From Acholeplasma sp. (GTDB taxonomy: Bacteria; Bacillota_I; Bacilli_A; ML615J-28; CAG-698), in NCBI GenBank assembly GCA_012838635.1, contig DUOW01000018.1, positions 22,764 through 86,763 on the forward strand: DNA of 64,000 nucleotides, in the 5' to 3' direction. Position numbers and translations under genes: made by a program. Shown in pieces: positions 58,163 through 64,000 of the stretch (position 1 is the stretch's first letter; the number at the start of each line of letters is the position of its first letter). Under the pieces are notes generated by a model. That model searched no databases. It was not told the origin of the DNA and saw only the letters and a program-made list of their open reading frames with translations.

Positions 58163-58255
58163 TTGACTTTTATGGGGAAATATAGTAATATGTATAAGGT
58201 ACATTTTAAACCCCAAGTTTAGCCCTGTTTAAAATTTTAAATACAGGAGGGAAAT
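58163..58255 (+). promoter_or_regulatory. promoter (TTGACT, 17 bp spacer, TAATAT) plus rplM 5' leader with a hairpin occluding the SD
   Basis: CCCTGT(58223-28)...ACAGG(58243-47) pairs into the ACAGGAGGG SD. Confidence 0.4.
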
Positions 58256-58711
58256 ATGAGTAAATCATTTATGGCTAATAATCAAAACATTGAAAGAAAA
58301 TGGTATGTTGTTGATGCAACAGATTTAGTTTTAGGTAGATTATCTACTGTTGTTGCTAGTCTTTTAAGGGGAAAAGGTAAACCTACATATACACCACATG
58401 TTGATTGTGGAGATTATGTAATTATTGTTAATGCTGAAAAGATTAGACTTACAGGAAAGAAATTAGAAGATAAAATTTATTATCGCCATTCTAATTATCC
58501 AGGCGGTTTAAAACAAGAAACTGCAGGACAATTATTAGAAAGACATCCAGAAAAAGTATTAGAGCAATCTATCCGTGGTATGCTACCAAAAACTAAATTA
58601 GGTAATGCTATGTATCGTAAACTTTTTGTTTATAAAGGAGCTGAACATCCACATCAAGCTCAAAAACCAGAAGTTTATAAGATCGAGCAAAAGGAGGTAG
58701 GAAATGAGTAG
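58256..58711 (+). CDS. rplM: 50S ribosomal protein L13
   Basis: ERKWYVVDA signature. Confidence 0.9.
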   Translation: MSKSFMANNQNIERKWYVVDATDLVLGRLSTVVASLLRGKGKPTYTPHVDCGDYVIIVNAEKIRLTGKKLEDKIYYRHSNYPGGLKQETAGQLLERHPEKVLEQSIRGMLPKTKLGNAMYRKLFVYKGAEHPHQAQKPEVYKIEQKEVGNE

Positions 58712-59096
58712 AGTTCAATATTACGGAACTGGAAGAAGAAAGTCATCAATTGCAAGAGTTAGATTGATCCCAGGAACAGGCGAAATCACTATTAACGGAC
58801 GCAAATTTGTTGATTACATACCTTCACCTGCAACACGCCTAGACGTGTTACAACCATTAGAGTTAACAAATACTACTAATAGTTACAATGTTTTAGTAAA
58901 TGTTAGAGGTGGTGGAATCACTGGTCAAGCTGGTGCGATTAGACACGGAATTACGAGAGCACTACTTGAACTTAATCCTAATTTTAGACCAGTTCTAAAA
59001 CAAGCAGGATTAATTACAAGAGATCCAAGAGCTAAAGAGAGAAAGAAATACGGACTAAAGAAAGCTCGTCGTTCACCACAATTCTCAAAACGTTAG
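58704..59096 (+). CDS. rpsI: 30S ribosomal protein S9
   Basis: C-terminal ...[16 protein letters not shown]. Confidence 0.9.
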   Translation: MSRVQYYGTGRRKSSIARVRLIPGTGEITINGRKFVDYIPSPATRLDVLQPLELTNTTNSYNVLVNVRGGGITGQAGAIRHGITRALLELNPNFRPVLKQAGLITRDPRAKERKKYGLKKARRSPQFSKR

Positions 59097-59105
59097 TTAT
59101 TTTAG

Positions 59106-59133
59106 AAAACAAGCATTTACTGCTTGTTTTTTA
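59106..59133 (+). terminator. rho-independent terminator
   Basis: AACAAGCA-tttac-TGCTTGTT followed by T6. Confidence 0.7.
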
Positions 59134-59181
59134 ATAGGAAAATATGCTAATTTATGGTATAATATGTAAGAGGTATAAATT

Positions 59182-59853
59182 ATGAAAATATTGATTGTAG
59201 AAGATGATAAAAATTTAAATAATACGATGGCTGAAGCTTTAAAAGGATTTGCTGATGTTGTGCAAGTTTTTGATGGTGAAGAAGCTCTATTTCAAGCTGA
59301 GCAAAATATTTTTGATTTAATTATCCTTGATGTAATGCTACCTTATGCAGATGGATTTACAATTTTAGAGACAATTAGGAAAAATAGTAATGTTCCTGTT
59401 TTAATGGTGACAGCTAAAACGATGGTTGAAGATAGAGTTAAGGGATTAAATTTAGGTGCTGATGATTACCTAACTAAGCCTTTCTATCGTGATGAATTAG
59501 TAGCTAGAGTTGAAGCATTACTTCGTCGTTATAATAATAATTTTGAAGGATTAAAGTTAACTTTCAAAGATTTAGAATTTGACATTGTTCATAAAATTGT
59601 TAGAATTAATGGTGAGAATATTAATCTAAATGGCAAGATCTATGATATTTTAGAATACTTAATTAGAAACAAAGATATTATTATTCCCAAGGAACAATTA
59701 TTTAATCGTATTTGGGGCTTTGAGTCAGACACTGTTTGGAGTGTTGTCGAGGTGTATGTAAGTAACTTAAGAAAAGTTTTAAAAGAATACGATTATGCGA
59801 AGTATTTAAAAACTGTAAGAAATGTAGGTTACATGTGGAGTGAAAAAGATTAG
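59182..59853 (+). CDS. OmpR-family response regulator
   Basis: Receiver domain (DD...D...K) plus winged-helix domain. Confidence 0.85.
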   Translation: MKILIVEDDKNLNNTMAEALKGFADVVQVFDGEEALFQAEQNIFDLIILDVMLPYADGFTILETIRKNSNVPVLMVTAKTMVEDRVKGLNLGADDYLTKPFYRDELVARVEALLRRYNNNFEGLKLTFKDLEFDIVHKIVRINGENINLNGKIYDILEYLIRNKDIIIPKEQLFNRIWGFESDTVWSVVEVYVSNLRKVLKEYDYAKYLKTVRNVGYMWSEKD

Positions 59854-61273
59854 ATCATTAGAACAAAAATCAATTAATAGGGAACTTTTTAAAAACATTT
59901 TAATAAACATTTTACTTTTCTTAACATTTATTGTTGTTATCGGTTTAGTAGTATCGATTTTGATCAACTATTTATTTACAAAAAATACCAAAGATACTTT
60001 AAGACGTACGGCTGATAAAGTATCTACTAGTTTAGTTTTGGAGACAATTGGTGGAAATACTTATTACTACTTATCAGGACTAGAAAATCCAATTAGTTAT
60101 GATAGTTATTTTTTCTTTTATCAAGATGGAGATTCGGAAGCTATAGCTGTTACCGATCATGTTATGAATATTTTTATTGATAACTATAGTCGTGCAGGAA
60201 GTGGATTAATCGTTAGTACGAATACTGATGAGTATCGTGCTACTGCTCCAAGTTATGAAGAGCGTTTCTACGAGGCAAGAGAAAATGTCTTACAAGAACC
60301 TTTATTTGATCTTGATGACACTAAGTTAGATCGTTTTTTAGAAGAAACCTATACTATTGGAAGTTCGAAATACACATTTCTAACATACTCTACAACTGTT
60401 AAAAATCAAAAGGAAGATGAAGAACCAGTAATTCAGTATGTTAAGACATGTATCATTCTTGATATTGATAATAGATCACAAAACTCTGTTTGGCAGTTAT
60501 ATATTTACACAGCATTAGTCATGGTTATTCTAGCTACAATTATTTCCTTTGTTTTAGGACAACGTTCAATGAAAGTACTTATAATATCTTTAGAAAGACA
60601 AAAGCAATTTGTAAATGATGCATCTCATGAGCTTAAGACACCACTAGCTGTTATTCAGTCACACTTAGAAAACATTCTTACAAAATCAGATCAAACTGTT
60701 TTAGATGTTTCAGAAGAAATGGCAACATCTTTAAGAGAAGTTTCTAGACTAAATCATTTAGTTGATGACTTGTTAAGTTTAGCTAGAGCCGATAGTGATC
60801 GAACACAATTTGTTTTTGAAAAGACTAACTTAAAAGAACTAATTGAAGATATTACTTCATCGTTTTATGATCTAGCAATGATTCAAAACAAGAAGTTTAA
60901 GATTAAATGTGAGAATATTACAGCCAAAGTAGACCAAGCTAAAATCAAACAGTTATTAATTATCATTATTGACAATGCTTTTAAATATACAGAAGAAAAA
61001 GATAGTATTTATTTATCAGTTCATGATGCTGGTTCTACAATCAACATTAACTTATACGATACAGGAATTGGCATTAGCCAAGAGACGAAGAAACATATTT
61101 TTGATCGTTTTTATCGTGAGGAAAAAGCAAGATCAAGAGCTAAAGGTGGTACTGGTTTAGGTATGTCGATTGCGCAAACAATTGTTTTAGGACATAAAGG
61201 AACAATTTCCGTTGACAATAATAAACCAAAAGGGACTATTATTTATATTAGTATTGCGAAAGACAATGGTTAA
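59840..61273 (+). CDS. sensor histidine kinase
   Basis: H-box ASHELKTPL. N, G1 and G2 boxes (GGTGLGMSI). Confidence 0.85.
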   Translation: MKKIRSLEQKSINRELFKNILINILLFLTFIVVIGLVVSILINYLFTKNTKDTLRRTADKVSTSLVLETIGGNTYYYLSGLENPISYDSYFFFYQDGDSEAIAVTDHVMNIFIDNYSRAGSGLIVSTNTDEYRATAPSYEERFYEARENVLQEPLFDLDDTKLDRFLEETYTIGSSKYTFLTYSTTVKNQKEDEEPVIQYVKTCIILDIDNRSQNSVWQLYIYTALVMVILATIISFVLGQRSMKVLIISLERQKQFVNDASHELKTPLAVIQSHLENILTKSDQTVLDVSEEMATSLREVSRLNHLVDDLLSLARADSDRTQFVFEKTNLKELIEDITSSFYDLAMIQNKKFKIKCENITAKVDQAKIKQLLIIIIDNAFKYTEEKDSIYLSVHDAGSTININLYDTGIGISQETKKHIFDRFYREEKARSRAKGGTGLGMSIAQTIVLGHKGTISVDNNKPKGTIIYISIAKDNG

Positions 61274-61300
61274 AAAGTAAAACAAAAGGAGGAGCTAAAA

Positions 61301-62647
61301 ATGATAAAAATCTTTAATTCATTTTCAAACAAACTTGAAGAATTTAAACCAATAAAAAAAGGTGAAGTTTCAATGTATGTTTGTGGACCAACAGTTTATG
61401 ATAAACTTCATATTGGTAATACTCGTCCAGTAGTCTTTTTTGATGTTGTGGCAAGAGCATTTGAATATTTTGGGTTTAAGGTAACTTACGCCTCTAACTT
61501 TACTGACATTGATGATAAGATTATCAATAAAGCTAAAGAATTAAAAATTACAGAAAAAGAGTTAAGTGATTATAATGTTAAGTTAGCATATAATACTTAT
61601 AAAAAGTTAAACATTAGACCACATGATTATAATCCAAGAGTTACAGAAAATATGGAGAACATCGTGAACTTTATCAAACTTTTAAAAGATAAAGGTTATG
61701 CTTACGAAGCAGGAGATGATATTTATTTTTCTGTAGATAAAATTGCCAATTATGGAATTTTAAGTGGTCAGGCTCAAGATAAACTTCAAATTGGAGCAAG
61801 GATTGATATAGAAGATAAAAAGGAAAATCCGGCTGATTTTACTTTATGGAAAAAAACAAATGAAGGTATTACTTGGTGTGCACCTTGGGGAGATGGTAGA
61901 CCGGGATGGCATACAGAGTGTGTTGTGATGATTAATAGTATCTTTAAAGGACCAATTGATATTCATGGTGGAGGAATGGATTTAAAGTTTCCTCATCATG
62001 ATAATGAAATTGCCCAAGCTGAAGCTGCTTATAATCACCGTATTGCTAATTACTGGATGCATAATGGCCGTTTAAATATGCAAGGGACAAAGATGAGTAA
62101 GTCATTAGGAAACTTAATTTGGGCTGATGACCTACTTGATGAAGTAGGTTATGGACCATTTAGAATTTTAATTCTCACAACTCATTATCGTCAACCTTTA
62201 GAATATAGTGAAGAAATCTTAAAACAAGCTGTGACTGATTATGAAAGAATTTATCGAACTTATTTTCAACTTTTTAGAAGAGTAGAACTTGCAAATGGTT
62301 CTAAAAAGGAAGTAAAAGATCAAGAATTATTAGAAATTAGAAGTAAGTTTCAAGAAGCTTTAAAAAATGATTTTAATACAGCAAATGCAATTACAGAAAT
62401 TTATTCTTTAGTAAAAGTAGTTAATAATGCTTTAAGAAATAAAGCTACTAGTTTAGAGTTTTTAGAAATGGCTTTAAGTTTATTTGATGAAGTATTAGAT
62501 GTTTTAGGTTTAAATATTGAAATGAAAAAGTTAACTATTGAAGAAAAAGAATTAGTTAACAAATGGCAAGATGCTCGTAAAAAGAAAGATTTTGAAAAAG
62601 CAGACAAACTACGAGCAGAAATAAATGAACGAGGAATCATAGTTTAA
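61301..62647 (+). CDS. cysS: cysteinyl-tRNA synthetase
   Basis: HIGN and KMSKS motifs. Confidence 0.9.
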   Translation: MIKIFNSFSNKLEEFKPIKKGEVSMYVCGPTVYDKLHIGNTRPVVFFDVVARAFEYFGFKVTYASNFTDIDDKIINKAKELKITEKELSDYNVKLAYNTYKKLNIRPHDYNPRVTENMENIVNFIKLLKDKGYAYEAGDDIYFSVDKIANYGILSGQAQDKLQIGARIDIEDKKENPADFTLWKKTNEGITWCAPWGDGRPGWHTECVVMINSIFKGPIDIHGGGMDLKFPHHDNEIAQAEAAYNHRIANYWMHNGRLNMQGTKMSKSLGNLIWADDLLDEVGYGPFRILILTTHYRQPLEYSEEILKQAVTDYERIYRTYFQLFRRVELANGSKKEVKDQELLEIRSKFQEALKNDFNTANAITEIYSLVKVVNNALRNKATSLEFLEMALSLFDEVLDVLGLNIEMKKLTIEEKELVNKWQDARKKKDFEKADKLRAEINERGIIV

Positions 62648-63030
62648 TGGATTATGATTTATTAAATGGTGGCAATTTAGCTTATCTTGGAGATGCTTAT
62701 TATGAACTAGCTATTAGGAAATACTTGCTTAGAAAAGGTATTACCGAAATGAACAAGTTACAGAAAATAAGTGTTGAATATGTAAGTGCTAAAGCCCAAG
62801 CCAAGGTTGTTTTAGAGTTACTACCTTTATTAACTGAAGAAGAAACTTTAGTTTATAAAAGAGGTCGCAACTTTAAAACAAAAGCTGCAAGAAAGATTGA
62901 TATTAAAGATCATAATATTAGTACTGGATTTGAGGCGTTGATTGGTTATTTGTATTTAAAAGGTGAAAACGAAAGACTAGAAGAGATAATACAAATGGCT
63001 ATTAGAATTGTTGAGGCAAAAAATGAGTGA
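62647..63030 (+). CDS. mrnC: Mini-ribonuclease III
   Basis: N-terminus NGGNLAYLGDAYYELAIR. Confidence 0.8.
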   Translation: MDYDLLNGGNLAYLGDAYYELAIRKYLLRKGITEMNKLQKISVEYVSAKAQAKVVLELLPLLTEEETLVYKRGRNFKTKAARKIDIKDHNISTGFEALIGYLYLKGENERLEEIIQMAIRIVEAKNE

Positions 63031-63727
63031 GTTAGTTTATGGAAAGAATTCGGTTCGTGAGATTTTAAAATCTGAACGTAAAGTTTTAAAACTTTATTTA
63101 GTAAAAGAAGATCAAGAAATAGAAAACTTAGCTAAGGCTAAGAAGATTCCAATTGAGTATAGTTTAAAAGAAGAGATTTCCCAGAAAGTTAAAGGTAACC
63201 ATCAAGGTTATCTAGCGGTTGTAGAAGAGTATCGATACTATGATTTAAGTATTGTAGATAGTTTTGACTCTATTCTTCCTTTTGTTGTTATTTTAGATAG
63301 TATTACTGATCCTCATAACTTAGGAGCAATTATTAGAACAGCAGAGGCTGCTAAAGTAGATGCTATTATTATTCCTAAAAATAGATCAGCAGAAGTCAAT
63401 AGCACAGTTACCAAAACATCAACTGGAGCTACTGAACATGTTAGAATTATTAGAGTTAGTAATTTAAACCAAACAATTAAAGTATTAAAGGAAAAAGGAT
63501 ACTGGGTTGTTGGGGCAGAAAACACTAAAGATAGTATTTTATATACTGATCTAAAATATGATTTTCCTGTTTGCTTAGTTATTGGTAGCGAAGGAAAAGG
63601 TATTTCGCAATTAGTTTTGAAAAACTGTGACTATTTAGTAAAGATACCAATGAAAGGAAAGATTAATTCTTTAAATGCATCCGTTAGTGCGGGAATACTT
63701 ATTTATGAAATAATTAGAAATCGTTAA
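63008..63727 (+). CDS. rlmB: TrmH/SpoU-family 23S rRNA 2'-O-methyltransferase (RlmB/YacO-like)
   Basis: SpoU methylase motifs. Gene order cysS-mrnC-rlmB matches B. subtilis. Confidence 0.75.
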   Translation: MLRQKMSELVYGKNSVREILKSERKVLKLYLVKEDQEIENLAKAKKIPIEYSLKEEISQKVKGNHQGYLAVVEEYRYYDLSIVDSFDSILPFVVILDSITDPHNLGAIIRTAEAAKVDAIIIPKNRSAEVNSTVTKTSTGATEHVRIIRVSNLNQTIKVLKEKGYWVVGAENTKDSILYTDLKYDFPVCLVIGSEGKGISQLVLKNCDYLVKIPMKGKINSLNASVSAGILIYEIIRNR

Positions 63728-63753
63728 TTTAATAGTTCAAAGGAGGTGTGGTT

Positions 63754-64000
63754 ATGATTTATAACTATAACGACTACGAATTATTATATTTGATTCGCGA
63801 AAAGTCTGATGAGGCTTTAGAAATTATGTATCGTAAGTATACGCCTTTAATTAAGAAAAGAATTTTAGATTTCAGAATTCAAGTAAATCATGAAGATTTC
63901 TTCCAAGAAGGTTTACTTGCCTTAGATGTTGCGATTAGACGTTATATTGATTTATATGATAAGACGTTTAATAAGTATTTTGATTTAATCTTACAAAGAA
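63754..64000 (+). CDS. sigma-70 family sigma factor, SigH-like (3'-truncated by the window end)
   Basis: SD AAGGAGGTG. Region-2-like N-terminus. Position after rlmB as in the B. subtilis sigH locus. Confidence 0.5.
   Translation, partial: MIYNYNDYELLYLIREKSDEALEIMYRKYTPLIKKRILDFRIQVNHEDFFQEGLLALDVAIRRYIDLYDKTFNKYFDLILQR

Noticed and set aside
1-64000. CRISPR arrays, tRNA/rRNA genes, transposases, integrases or prophage genes
   Set aside because: No regularly spaced direct repeats, no tRNA T-loop/cloverleaf candidates, and no recombinase-like ORFs were seen. The window looks like core chromosome.

Overview
This is an AT-rich (about 30% GC) chromosomal segment from a low-GC Gram-positive bacterium, probably Mollicutes-related (Acholeplasma- or Erysipelotrichia-like). 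The standard genetic code applies: TGA terminates about ten ORFs and every Trp codon in long conserved ORFs is TGG. There are about 60 genes, almost all on the + strand, and many lipoproteins and surface proteins with C-terminal TM anchors. No rRNA, tRNA, CRISPR array or mobile element was seen. Housekeeping genes include rpiA, ppa, pyk, pfkA, ackA, dnaE, metG, cysS-mrnC-rlmB-sigH and rplM-rpsI. There is a shikimate-pathway cluster (CM, aroB, aroC, aroE-aroK fusion, DAHP synthase, aroA) and a metal-homeostasis set (ZIP, a decayed mgtE, CzrA-like/P1B ATPase). The main finding is a cobalamin riboswitch with an intrinsic terminator that controls an operon encoding a split eukaryote-type transcobalamin-like B12 binder plus a dedicated ECF transporter (EcfT, fused EcfA1A2, S component). 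The binder is a prenyltransferase-like alpha6/alpha6 surface protein followed by a DUF4430 beta-domain protein. Other notable features are a preQ1-I riboswitch on queT and a Tyr5 leader peptide with terminator/antiterminator/anti-antiterminator structures upstream of an ABC importer. There is also a strong-promoter, terminator-bounded candidate sRNA or leaderless micro-ORF, an orphan TIR-like (ThsB/DUF1863-like) protein, and a GNAT-NPP fusion enzyme.
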